A stretch of DNA of 63,221 nt, the filler included, from Perkinsus chesapeaki ATCC PRA-425 (taxonomy: Eukaryota; Protista; Perkinsozoa): assembly GCA_013115145.1 (NCBI GenBank). It is 18 parts of 18 records of this genome, joined end to end, with 100 filler letters (N's around TTAATTAATTAA, not from the genome) between each part and the next. Parts side by side here need not be neighbours in the genome. Positions count along the whole stretch, not along the records: positions 38,316 to 40,333 come from JAAPAO010001700.1; positions 40,434 to 41,602 come from JAAPAO010002133.1; positions 41,703 to 43,132 come from JAAPAO010001963.1; positions 43,233 to 48,666 come from JAAPAO010001160.1; 14 more parts are not named here. One strand, 5' to 3'. A model generated the notes under the pieces. It did not search any database. It was given only the letters and a program-made list of their open reading frames with translations, and was not told the origin of the DNA. Within the stretch, counting starts at the first letter, position 1; each line of letters begins with the position of its first letter. Below, piece by piece: positions 38,317 to 48,766 of this stretch. The translations under genes and the position numbers were made by a program.

Positions 38317-40333
38317 GATGCCAACGCGTGGCACATAGCTTGGGGCTCAGAGCTAACTGCTAGCAACCTGCACAGGCAGGCCTGGCAGCGTGGTGAGTCA
38401 CTAGTGGATTGGTGCCTGGACAAAGGCGTTCGGATTCTGAATGACGACGAATCCTTACCAACCTTTGAGTCCGAAAGGTATCACTCCTGGGTTGATCTCA
38501 CCCTATTGTACGGTACTCCCAGAGACGGCGCCTCGCCCCGATGGGAGCTAGTGGATGACCTTTGCGGGTCAGACCACAGGCTACTCTACGTTGAGGTGGA
38601 CAGTCAAGGTGGCAGTCTTGCGCCGCCGCGACTGGCTCATCGCCTCGTAGACACAGCCAAGGTAATTGATGGTGCTTCTCGGATTCCCTCTGATACTCCT
38701 TTGCAGGGTATCACGGATTCCTTGAGCACCTTGGTAAGAGAGTTTACGCCGGAAGCCCCAGCTCCCTCTGACACCACTTGGTGGACGAGCGACCTGTCCA
38801 GGCGGAAGGCTAAGCTCAAAAGGGCCCAGCGGACGTTCTATCGCCATAAAAAGCAGAACGGCCCGGATGCACCTTCAACAGTGCATTTTCGGGAAATCCG
38901 CGACACTGCCAGACGTAAATTCTGTGCAGCTGTCAAGGAGGCCAAGGGGGTAGCTGCCCGTAGGTTCTTTAATGACCTGCAGCACTACTCCCGATGTGTT
39001 AAACGAGGTTGTCCCCGAATTCCCCCAGCGGCCATCTGTCCCGAGGGCGTGAATCAGGCGGACTTCCTCCTACGTAGGCTCTTCCCCCGTGATCCCGACA
39101 GGGCCGCGGAGGTCGATGCCTTGGTACTATCACCGCAAACCGATCCAGTCCCGGCGGTCACCCACTCTGAGCTCAGAGAGGCGGCCAATGGACTGAGGAG
39201 GGGAGCGGCTCCTGGTGAGGATGATGTCACCAATGGCATCATTCTCGACACTCTCGAGGTGCTGAAGGACAACTGGTCTACCCAGTTTACTAAAGCCCTC
39301 GGGACTGGTGAATATCCCGGCGGATGGAAAACATCCAAAGGGATTTTTATTCATAAGGCCGGCAGAGACCCCACCAAACCTAACGGTTGGAGGCCTATCT
39401 GCCTGGTCGGCTCTGGTAGCAAGCTGTTCGAACGTCTTATAGTCGAACGGCTTGCCTCGTGCCCGCAGATCCGGAAACGATTGGACTCTCCCATCGTCCA
39501 CGGATTCTGCAAAGGCAAATCGGTTGATTCTGCCGTCCTGCGCGTGGTCGAGGCGTTCAGGGCGGGCAGGAAAAGGAGCAAACGCGCACCCATTGCACTT
39601 GTGCAGTTGGACGTGCAAAACGCGTTTAGCTCGGTTAAACATAGCCACATACTGGCAACCTTGGTCCGATACAACGTCCCTCGCTATTTAGTGAGGATTG
39701 TAGAGGACTACTTAAAGGCCCAGTATGTCTCGGCTATCTACGGTTCAGACGAGGCCGGTCTGGAACTCGAAAGGGGCGTGCCCCAAGGCAGTGCCTTGGG
39801 GCCGTTCCTGTTCCTTCTATCCACCCTACCGCTTGTAGATGAATTTGCAGATATGGAGGGGAAAGGCGTGAGCCTGACCCTCTATGCAGATGATACAACG
39901 GTAGTGGTGTCTGGTGGTACTGGCCCGTCTCTGGTCAAGCGGTGGCGGTCAGCAGAGGCTCTACTGCTGGCTTGGGCCACCAATGCAGGAGTGTCCTATG
40001 AGCCGGTCAAAAGCCAAGCACTCCTGCCTAGGACCATCGGGGACCACATCTTGTCCCTTGATGGTACACCCATCGACATTGTTAAAGTCGTACGGGTGCT
40101 TGGTGTCTGGATTGACCATCGCCTGTCTTTCCAGCACCATATACGGTTGAAGGTGTCCGAAGCCAAGGCCAAGCTCGGTCGGCTGAGGCACCTCGGTTGG
40201 GCGCGAGCAGGGATTACTGGTAAGAAGATAATCAAAACCTATAAGGTGGCGATCTTACCAGCCCTTGCTCACGCTATAGTAGCCTGGAAAGAAGGGCTTG
40301 AATCCGCCACGGCGAAGACTGCAATGTTGCAGG
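38317..40333 (+). mobile_element. Non-LTR retrotransposon ORF2 (APE endonuclease C-terminus plus RT), open frame truncated at both contig ends
   Basis: DANAWH, SWVDLT, SDHRLL (APE); WRPICL, HGFCKGKS, LDVQNAFSSV, GVPQGSALGPFLF, LYADD, LGVWID (RT). Confidence 0.95.
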
Positions 40334-42540
40334 NNNNNNNNNNNNNNNNNNNNNNNNNNNNNNNNNNNNNNNNNNNNTTAATTAATTAANNNNNNNNNNN
40401 NNNNNNNNNNNNNNNNNNNNNNNNNNNNNNNNNCACCAGGCAACGGGACGAAAGATGGCGAACTAGCAATATGATCTATTTCACCGATAGGGACCATGAC
40501 AATTTCATGATGAAATGATCATTCAAGTCATCATATCAGTAATTGTCGAACAACCTTCTCAGTTGCGAACCGACTTAACGCTCACTAAAACCCACGGACA
40601 TATCAGAACCATCAGGTTCACTACAGGATGAACCGGTGCCGAAGTCGAGTACCAACAAATCGGAAGGGTTTCTTGAAGAACCGTTCTTCTCAAGGGAGAT
40701 CACCACCCTCCAGCGGCTTCAGGACATGGTCCAAGTCACACACATCAGAAGCCTCAGGCATGCAGCAGAGCTGAAAGGGACGACGGCGAAAGGCACAAGA
40801 GAGACACACGAGAGAGCTGGAACAAGGACCACAAATAACGGCAAGTACTCTCGGACATGAACCAGCAGTCTCTCGGAGATCTCTCGGAGAGCCGAGACCC
40901 TATAACCGTTCACCGCAGCCGCGATACAGATCATAATCAGAGCGGCGCAACTCCTCCGAAAGGGGAAACGGTGGGTGTTTCAAGATACCCGGATATGCAT
41001 CTCCGGGGATTCGAACGCGCCCGCCCGCTCTCCTAACCAACCTTCCCGGGACTAAGAACTAGGAACTCAGTGCAGCAGGCGTCCCCGCAAGCGCCGAGCC
41101 CTAATCCCACCCAGTCAGGTGCGCCTATCATACATACCTTGCTTGTGCGCATCTGCACGTACACATAGCTAAACACGCGCCGCACAGTATTAATAACCAG
41201 ACTAGTCATAACCAGCATCCTTCAAATAACCAAAAATCCCATGTCATGTATCATTGATACAAATAGCGACCAGAAGAACCAAAAACCACCATAACAAAAG
41301 CCAAAATATTCTACATTACTCAACCCCCTCCCCTCTAAAATGCGGGCACAGAGCACCTCATTTTAAGACCGGTCAAGGCGGAAGGAGCTGGAGCGATAGT
41401 AGTTCGGCAATCAGCAGAAGTAGTGTCACAATGTGTAACACCGACAGACAGCAACAGGAGTCAGAAAAGGAAGCCCGAAAAGGGCAACATTCCTACTCCG
41501 CGTAACCACCCCGGGACGTATAGTGTCCAGGAGAGAAACGCGTAGGAGCCCGCGGAGTACGAAGACTCCGCCGGGGCAGAACAGAAGCTTCTACCTGCTC
41601 TGNNNNNNNNNNNNNNNNNNNNNNNNNNNNNNNNNNNNNNNNNNNNTTAATTAATTAANNNNNNNNNNNNNNNNNNNNNNNNNNNNNNNNNNNNNNNNNN
41701 NNGACTCGGTGGACGACGCGGCCACCAATTGATAACGGTCCAATATTGATAACGGTATGAAAATGGTCAATCAATCGTCTTATCGATCGAGCTGAGATTC
41801 TCGAACGTGACCATAATTGTGTTTCTCATCTCGTACTATGCGGCATATAATATGGGTCAACTGTAGCGGGCAAGTCGGTTGGCACGTATGCCCACCAAGA
41901 GCACAAGTTGTGCTGCACAACATTCGCGAGTCTTGTCACGCAAGTACGACGTGACTAGCACAAAGAATGCATTCGGAAGAACACTAATGATAATTTTTAA
42001 AAACGATTGTTGTAACACACGTACGTAGAAGTGGGATGTTGTCGCCGGTTTGATCCTCACGCTTGGTACGTATTTCACCGGCTCTTCTGACGTCAACGGA
42101 ACAACCTCAGCGTCGATAGAGATCTGCAACCAGCTTCCGCAAGCTAAGGAAGTGAAGGCGGGCCGAATTTCCGCCGCTTGACTTTGTAAGGAGGCATTCT
42201 CAAAAGTGGCGACATTCAACCCGAAAAGCGACGACACTCGGGCCGGTGGGACGTGGAGATTGCTCCATCGTCTGAACCCTCACTCGAGCTTATACTGGTA
42301 CACGTCTTAGCAAGGGGTTCTTACAGTCACTGTATTTGGTGCTTTCTCTGGTACTGGCTAATCTTGGAAAGCGGTCCTCTCGACAGGAACTGCGATACTG
42401 TCTTAAACCAAGGCGCACGTTTCTGCAACGCGCGCCCTGGGTTGAGGAATTCCCGCAGGATGATTTACCCCTTAAGCAGTAGACGATCACTCGCTCCCGC
42501 TCGCCATCTTACTAACAAAACTGACGCCAGGTATTCTAAC

Positions 42541-43132
42541 ATGAAGTACCTCTTAGTAATGATTCCGATTGGCTCAGTTTTCGCCAGACAATGCACTGAG
42601 AGTGATCATGAGTTTTGGACGTCTTACGGTGAGACCTTCAGTAACTTTCTCGCGGGCTGCGCCAAAAAAGAGTCGGCCGATGCTAAGAAGACATCACAGT
42701 GCCTTCTAGATGATCCTATGAATAAGTTATCCGGATCATGTGCTGCCTGCTTTGGCGACTTCCCGGCTTGCGCTAAGGATGAGTGTTGGTACCAATGTTT
42801 ATGGGACTCAGCCTCCGACTGGTGCTTGGGGTGCATTTATAGCTCGAAATGCCCTGGCGAGCTTGTCGCGTGTAGTGGTTATGCAATCGCCGACCTTCCA
42901 CCCAAACCGAGCACATCCATCGAGAATTTACCTACTACCACGATGCCACCGACGACGAGCACAGCAACCACTATCCAAGAGCCGACCACCGAGGCTACAA
43001 CTTCCACCCAAGCGACGAATACCGAGGCTACAACTAGCACAAGTACTACTACTTCTACCCAGCCACCGACTACCGAGGCTACAACCAGCACAAGTACTAC
43101 TACTTCTACTCAGCCACCGACTACCGAGGCTA
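42541..43132 (+). CDS. Secreted Cys-rich domain on a Thr-rich mucin-like stalk, 3'-truncated
   Basis: The likely start is the ATG at 42541 (MKYLLVMIPIGSVFA, signal-like), followed by a Cys-dense domain and T/S/P repeats. Confidence 0.8.
43021..43132 (+). repeat. 51-bp coding tandem repeat (TEATTSTSTTTSTQPPT)
   Basis: accgaggctacaac(c/t)agcacaagtactactacttctac(t/c)cagccaccgact occurs twice plus a partial copy and runs into the gap. Confidence 0.9.
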
Positions 43133-43540
43133 NNNNNNNNNNNNNNNNNNNNNNNNNNNNNNNNNNNNNNNNNNNNTTAATTAATTAANNNNNNNNNNNN
43201 NNNNNNNNNNNNNNNNNNNNNNNNNNNNNNNNTGGCGTTCCGTACGCGCGCGCAGGGCGGCGTGACGCCGCGCGCTCATGGACCTCTCTCCGAGGAGTCG
43301 GTGACCCCACGTAGGAGGAGGGCCAGTCCCGACTACATCTGGTTTTACCCAAGACTGCGGACGGCCTTCAGCGAACCCGCACCCTTCTCCTTCCCACCGT
43401 CCTGACCTTGAGCGGCCTCCCCGATAGCTGCAGCTCGGTCCTCCTCAGGCTTCGCTGGCTCTCCCCGTAGCCTCTTTCGACTGATAACACAACACGTTCT
43501 CCCTGCTGTACGCTCCGCAGAGTTCCAGCTTCTCCGCTGC

Positions 43541-45784
43541 CTACAACATAAATGTCGGTACCTTCACCGGCACCTGCTTCCACCCCGTTACCGCGGGCTT
43601 CCCTCGTGACGGTCCATCAGCCGGATTCGTCTCGCTAGCCACCCTACTGAAGAACACGTTTACTAGCTCGTGTGCTAAGTGTTCCCAACAGTGCCCCACC
43701 AACTCGTTCATATCGCTCGGCCTCCCAGAGCCTCGGTTTACCATGGTCCTCACCACTTCCGAGTCGGTGAAAACTAGATACTTTCTCTGGGTGTCGGTGC
43801 AGAACGTCGCTATCGCCGCCGCTATGGCATATAGCTCGTAGGCCATGACTTGATTCTCTCTCGGGAGTAACCCAGCTTTGTACCACTCTGGCACTTGTGC
43901 CTGGCCGTACCACACCTGCTCTCCGTCGGCAGCTGTGGCTACCATCCCAATTCCGCCTTCACCGGTTGCGTCGGCATACACTATCACGTGTTTCCGCGGT
44001 TCTGAATATCCGTCACTGCCCTCACGGTACGGTATGACTCGGCCCGAGCGCCCTTCGGTTGCCTTCCCGAGCAGTTTAAAGATGCCCCGCAATGCTCCTT
44101 GGATCTCGCGCTCGTCTTCTACTGTGCCAGTCATGGCGGCCCTGATCACTGTCCGCACGTGCGCTCTTCCACAGCGCCCTTCGAGTACACTGCATGCAAA
44201 ACTCAGTCGCCCTGCTAGCTTCCTCCCACTAGCGCCTGCTGGGAATCCATTCCGCAGCGCGTGGCTCACCGCGCTCATCAGCGCATCTCTCCTCCCTGTG
44301 TCCAACCGGAACTGCACTTCTTCTGGCCGTACTAAGCTCACCTCTATCCCCAGTACCTTCGCGACCTTCCCTGGACCAACGTCCTTTTCGTGCTTCACTG
44401 CGAATCCACACGCTTCGTTCAACTTTCCGAAGGCCTCGAACGAACTGGCCGCACTGTTGGCCGCTTCTACCACATAGAAATCATCCCGATAGCTTTGCAT
44501 CCCGCAGGCAAAGGCCACACGGGAAACATGTGTCATAAGCATCCCCACCCTTAAGTACGCGGTCACACTCGACACTGACCCGAACGGGAAGACGTGGTGC
44601 CTAAATCCTTTCATTCGCCCGTCCGCCGGGTCTCGCAGCACCACCGTCGTCCACCCTCGCTCGGCCCTTCGGAGAGGTATCTGGCGGTAGGCATCTCGAT
44701 GATCCCTCTTCCATATGTTCAACTCTATCGGCTTTCCGTATGCCTTCCAGATACGCTTGACCACCCCCACTGTCGTTTCCAACTCGGGCAGAGTTACTTT
44801 GTGTCTCACATCCATCATCCGGTTTACCTGGCTCCTTCGATAGTCATCACAGGGTCTCAGTTTACCGGGCTGAATCACCACGTGCCTGGTTGTCGCTCCT
44901 GCAGCCTCCCACCTCATCATGTCATCCACTTCATGCGGTCCATCTAGCCGCCCCTGACCGACTTCCTTCCTGGCTTCCTCCCAAAGCCATTTTTCTTCTT
45001 CCGAGACCTCCCGCACACTCCTCTGCATTCCTTCTAGCCTCTGCTGTGTGATATCTCGGCATTCCTCTGCTGACAACACTTCCTTCGCCTTCCCGCTCTC
45101 TCGCCTGGGCGCGAATATCCCTTCTGCCTCCAATCTACCCTTGAATGCTAGTCCACCATACTCCTTCATTTCGATAATACTCCCTACATCAGGGTACTGC
45201 GTGATTTCCGCCAAATAGTACAACAGCGGAAGATGTAGCTTCTGACAGCACTTCGGCAATTCCTTCGCCCACTCCTCCCTCAGTGGCTCCAACTTTTGCG
45301 CGACGTCTGCTATCTGTGCACATAGTTCTTGTCGCTCCTTCGCTATTTCCGCCCCTTTCTCCGCTGCTCGCTCAATGGCCAGGGCCAAGGTTGTGGGTAG
45401 CTTCGACTCGACGTCGTTCGGGTGCACCACTGCGCGCGCTAGCCGCATGTGATCTCCCGGGTCCATTCCGTGTCTCTCTCCGAGCACGGTTGTCGGGTCC
45501 TCCTGGTAATACCTCCCTGATTGGTAATAGTGCACGTCACCAGTGTCAGGCTCATACTTGACTATTGGGGTTATCCGGGGTACTTCAACTCCGGCGATAC
45601 TGACCACCCCTCCCTCACGCTCCTCCCATAGCTCACCCCTTTCCCCGCTATCCTCGCCTGTCTCGGCTCCTTGTGCCCCCCACTCTTGCTGCTCGACGTG
45701 CCATTGTTCCTGCATCGGTTCCGCCACCATCTTTCTCGCGCGTTTTCGGCCTCGGCCTCTTCTTCTAAGTCGCTGACGTTCCAT
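43541..45784 (-). CDS. Reverse transcriptase/RNase H of a tyrosine-recombinase (DIRS/Ngaro-like) retroelement, 747 aa
   Basis: RPCDDYRRS, KRDHRDAYRQIPL, VFPFGSVSS, SYRDDF, KVLGI, KLAGRL; RNase H YADATG, YELYAI, FTDS, RVASETNPADGPSRG. Confidence 0.92.
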   Translation of the reverse strand: MERQRLRRRGRGRKRARKMVAEPMQEQWHVEQQEWGAQGAETGEDSGERGELWEEREGGVVSIAGVEVPRITPIVKYEPDTGDVHYYQSGRYYQEDPTTVLGERHGMDPGDHMRLARAVVHPNDVESKLPTTLALAIERAAEKGAEIAKERQELCAQIADVAQKLEPLREEWAKELPKCCQKLHLPLLYYLAEITQYPDVGSIIEMKEYGGLAFKGRLEAEGIFAPRRESGKAKEVLSAEECRDITQQRLEGMQRSVREVSEEEKWLWEEARKEVGQGRLDGPHEVDDMMRWEAAGATTRHVVIQPGKLRPCDDYRRSQVNRMMDVRHKVTLPELETTVGVVKRIWKAYGKPIELNIWKRDHRDAYRQIPLRRAERGWTTVVLRDPADGRMKGFRHHVFPFGSVSSVTAYLRVGMLMTHVSRVAFACGMQSYRDDFYVVEAANSAASSFEAFGKLNEACGFAVKHEKDVGPGKVAKVLGIEVSLVRPEEVQFRLDTGRRDALMSAVSHALRNGFPAGASGRKLAGRLSFACSVLEGRCGRAHVRTVIRAAMTGTVEDEREIQGALRGIFKLLGKATEGRSGRVIPYREGSDGYSEPRKHVIVYADATGEGGIGMVATAADGEQVWYGQAQVPEWYKAGLLPRENQVMAYELYAIAAAIATFCTDTQRKYLVFTDSEVVRTMVNRGSGRPSDMNELVGHCWEHLAHELVNVFFSRVASETNPADGPSRGKPAVTGWKQVPVKVPTFML

Positions 45785-45966
45785 GTCTACACAGTTATAC
45801 TAATCCTAACACGTCTTTCGCCGCGTCTCTCTGTACCTTGTTTCTTCTCGCCTCGCCGCCCTCCTCGCTTCCGCTCGCCCGCGTCACGGCCCGTGACTTC
45901 TGGCCCTGCTTTTCGCGTCTCGCGTTCGTTCATTGCCCGTTGCCAGCGCTTTCTTGTCCTCTTCCC

Positions 45967-47187
45967 ATGTCCGCAGTCCCTCCGGGTTCTTCCGTTCTGT
46001 CTGGCCCCCAAGCCGACCCACCTTCCCCCTCATCTCCTGCTCCTTCCGTTCGTTCTACGCGAACCTCTCCCCGCTCGCATGCTCGCCACTCTTCTACACC
46101 TGCGGCCCCTTCCTCTCCTCCGCGACGCCGTCGACCTACGGTATCCTCGACCGGCCGTTCGCTCCACATACCGTCTACCTCTTCTGTGGCGGAGCCTCCG
46201 TCGTCTCGAGAGCAGCAGCCCGTCGACCATCTCCCCAGCGAGGTCCAGGCGACTCTCTTCGGCCTCAACGTGCAACCCGCTACCCTCAACCTACTGGCCA
46301 GTGGTCTTCTTTCTGCAGATGCCACCTCCGTCTCCGCGCTTCGTCTTCTTACGCGCTCGGATGCTGAGCAACTCTTCCCCACACAAGTCGGTCCTCGGTT
46401 GGCTTTGCTCTCTCTTGTGGCCTCGCTCACCTCGTCTTGCCCTGCTTCGGCTCTGGCCGAGCCTACCCCACCTCTACCCGTTGCACCTGGTCCCGATCTT
46501 GCGGCCGCTTACGCTGCCCGGGGCCTCGCCGGCTTGGACAGCAGGCTCATTCCCCCGGCTTCCGTCTTAGACGAGGCTACTCGATCCTCTGCCGGGTCCC
46601 CCTTACCCCATATCCTCGAGCTCCCCCTCATATCTTTTATTCCCGACTGCCCCTCCGGCTCTTCTACTGGGTCGGCTCTCTCTGCCCTGTTGCCCTTCGG
46701 GATCACGAGCGGGGCCCGTGAGTCTGCCCGTACCTCGGCTGCTCGCTCCCAACTTCGTCCTGGTTCGTTTTTTACTGGTCTGCTTGGCTGGGGTCTCACC
46801 GCCCTTCTCCGTTCTGACATCCCTCTGTCGGCAGTCGTAGGTCACTGGGGTTGGTGTGCTCGTTATCTCGACTGGTATGGGACTTACAGCACTGCTCTGT
46901 ACGACCAGCAACGCCGTTCGTCTGTTGCGGCTGCTGTCCGTTCCGGTGCATCCCCGAATGGTGCGGAGCTGGGCTTGGCAGATTCGATGCTCATCGTTGA
47001 CTGTCGCGCCCAGATGGACAGGGTGTTGCGGACGCGACCATCGCAGCCGCCCCGGTTTTCGCCTGGTAAAGGCAAGGGCTCGGGGCGCAGTCACCCGTAC
47101 TCCACCACCTCGTCACCGTCTCCTTCCTCACAGTCCGGTCACCCTTCTAAGCCTACTACTCCTGGGGGGGACTCTCGTCCACGATGA
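45967..47187 (+). CDS. gag-like ORF1 of a YR retroelement (likely ATG at 45967)
   Basis: Helical segment WCARYLDWYGTYSTALYDQQRR resembles DIRS-type ORF1; Ser/Pro-rich termini; lies directly upstream of the YR gene. Confidence 0.55.
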   Translation: MSAVPPGSSVLSGPQADPPSPSSPAPSVRSTRTSPRSHARHSSTPAAPSSPPRRRRPTVSSTGRSLHIPSTSSVAEPPSSREQQPVDHLPSEVQATLFGLNVQPATLNLLASGLLSADATSVSALRLLTRSDAEQLFPTQVGPRLALLSLVASLTSSCPASALAEPTPPLPVAPGPDLAAAYAARGLAGLDSRLIPPASVLDEATRSSAGSPLPHILELPLISFIPDCPSGSSTGSALSALLPFGITSGARESARTSAARSQLRPGSFFTGLLGWGLTALLRSDIPLSAVVGHWGWCARYLDWYGTYSTALYDQQRRSSVAAAVRSGASPNGAELGLADSMLIVDCRAQMDRVLRTRPSQPPRFSPGKGKGSGRSHPYSTTSSPSPSSQSGHPSKPTTPGGDSRPR

Positions 47188-47463
47188 TACATCCGCGCGG
47201 CGCGGGACGCGCAGTTCTTGCACTACTTGGTTCTATCTTCCCGCCGACGTACAGCGCCTTTACTTTCCACTTTCCCGAATACCTTTTCCGCCGCCACTTC
47301 ACGGCCCCATTTTTCCACCGGTAGCCTGCCGTCTCGCTAGCTGCTTGGCTCTCGTCTCTTCTCTAGACCTGGAGTAGTACTCCCTGTTGCGTTGCTTCCG
47401 CGGTCTAGCGCCTTCTTCCTTGGGCTTTTTACTGCTCTTTGGCTTTCGTAGACTACCTTTCCT

Positions 47464-48492
47464 ATGGCCGCAGCTGCTTCTCCGACTTCTCTCGCTTTCG
47501 CTTTCTCACTGCACGACCTGCTTCGCGAGTGGCATCACTGGGCTTCCTCGTCGTCCTCTCTTCCCAACACGCGCGGCTTGTCGGCTGACTTGCTGATTCG
47601 TACATGGCAACTCGCTACCCGTTCTATCGCACCTACCACGGCTCGTACCTACATTTCGGCCATCTCGTCTTGGCTGTCCTTTGTGGTCCTGTTTAGCACT
47701 CGCTGCGGTCGGTACATTGAGCCTTTTCCGGCTCCTACCCACGTTATTCCTCACTGGATAGCCACCTTTGCCAACCCCGGCACTGCCCGAGTGTACCATG
47801 CCGGCCTCCAGAAGGCACATGCGCTTCTGAACCTTCCATTCCCCTCCTCTTCTCCTCTTACAGCATGTGTGTTCCGCTCTCTCCGGTTGTCAACTCCTCC
47901 CCCTCCTCGCCGCCCAGGGATTCGGTTCTCCCTTCTCGAGCGCCTGACTTCCCTTGCACTCTCTTCTGGCTCCTGGCACTTGGCGGCAGCTTTTGTCTTG
48001 GCCTATCAGTTGCTCGCGCGGGTGGGATCCGAACTGTTACACTTTCGCGTTTCCGACTTTCACCTGCTACCATCTAACACTCTGAGGGTCACTTTCCGGC
48101 GCCGCAAAAACTGGCGACACGGACATTCAGTCTACCGTGCCTGTACCTGTTCCAGCACTCCCTCTACGTGCCCTCATCGGGCCTTCATTATCCTGGCCGC
48201 CGGAAAGCACCCCTCTGCCACCTTGGTCCCGATGACTATCGGCTCCTTCACCCACGGCTTGCGTCACTTCCTCGGACTCGCGGGTGTGGCCTCCCCTACC
48301 CGCTTCACCCCACACTCCTTCCGAAGAGGCCACTGCGAGGATTTAGCTCGCTTCGGGTGCTCCCCTACCACCATCATGTTGGCTGGCGGTTGGACAAGCT
48401 CTGCTTTCACCCGCTACCTCTCGCAGTCCCCTCACTTGTGTACGACGACCGTGGTCGACATGTTCTTCTGCTTTTCCGATACCGACGACTAG
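47464..48492 (+). CDS. Tyrosine recombinase of a retroelement, 342 aa
   Basis: N-terminal RTYISAISSW core-binding helix; catalytic R (LLARVGSEL), K (RRRKNW), HSFRRG, GGWTS and Y (TRYL). Confidence 0.92.
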   Translation: MAAAASPTSLAFAFSLHDLLREWHHWASSSSSLPNTRGLSADLLIRTWQLATRSIAPTTARTYISAISSWLSFVVLFSTRCGRYIEPFPAPTHVIPHWIATFANPGTARVYHAGLQKAHALLNLPFPSSSPLTACVFRSLRLSTPPPPRRPGIRFSLLERLTSLALSSGSWHLAAAFVLAYQLLARVGSELLHFRVSDFHLLPSNTLRVTFRRRKNWRHGHSVYRACTCSSTPSTCPHRAFIILAAGKHPSATLVPMTIGSFTHGLRHFLGLAGVASPTRFTPHSFRRGHCEDLARFGCSPTTIMLAGGWTSSAFTRYLSQSPHLCTTTVVDMFFCFSDTDD

Positions 48493-48766
48493 TCCCATTC
48501 GACTTTGACACTTGTTTCGCGTCTCTGTCCTTTGTTTCTGTCACCGTGTTTACTCCTTGCGTTCTTATCAACGATGGGGGTAAAGCGCGACGTCGTCACC
48601 ACAGCTCCATTGTAGCGAGTATCCGAGTGCGACGGCGACGTTGGGAAGCCGTAGAGACACCCTGTANNNNNNNNNNNNNNNNNNNNNNNNNNNNNNNNNN
48701 NNNNNNNNNNTTAATTAATTAANNNNNNNNNNNNNNNNNNNNNNNNNNNNNNNNNNNNNNNNNNNN

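Noticed and set aside
41703-41760. Repeated (a/t)ttgataacggt at the contig start as a DNA-transposon terminus
   Set aside because: No partner inverted repeat or recognisable transposase in the contig.
42253-42540. 96-codon N-terminal extension of the mucin-like ORF
   Set aside because: Non-ATG start; a clear signal peptide begins at ATG 42541.
45671-46570. 299-aa overlapping ORF and several antisense ORFs in the inverted YR element as dual coding
   Set aside because: The strong C/T skew depletes stop codons; the products are low-complexity with no motifs.
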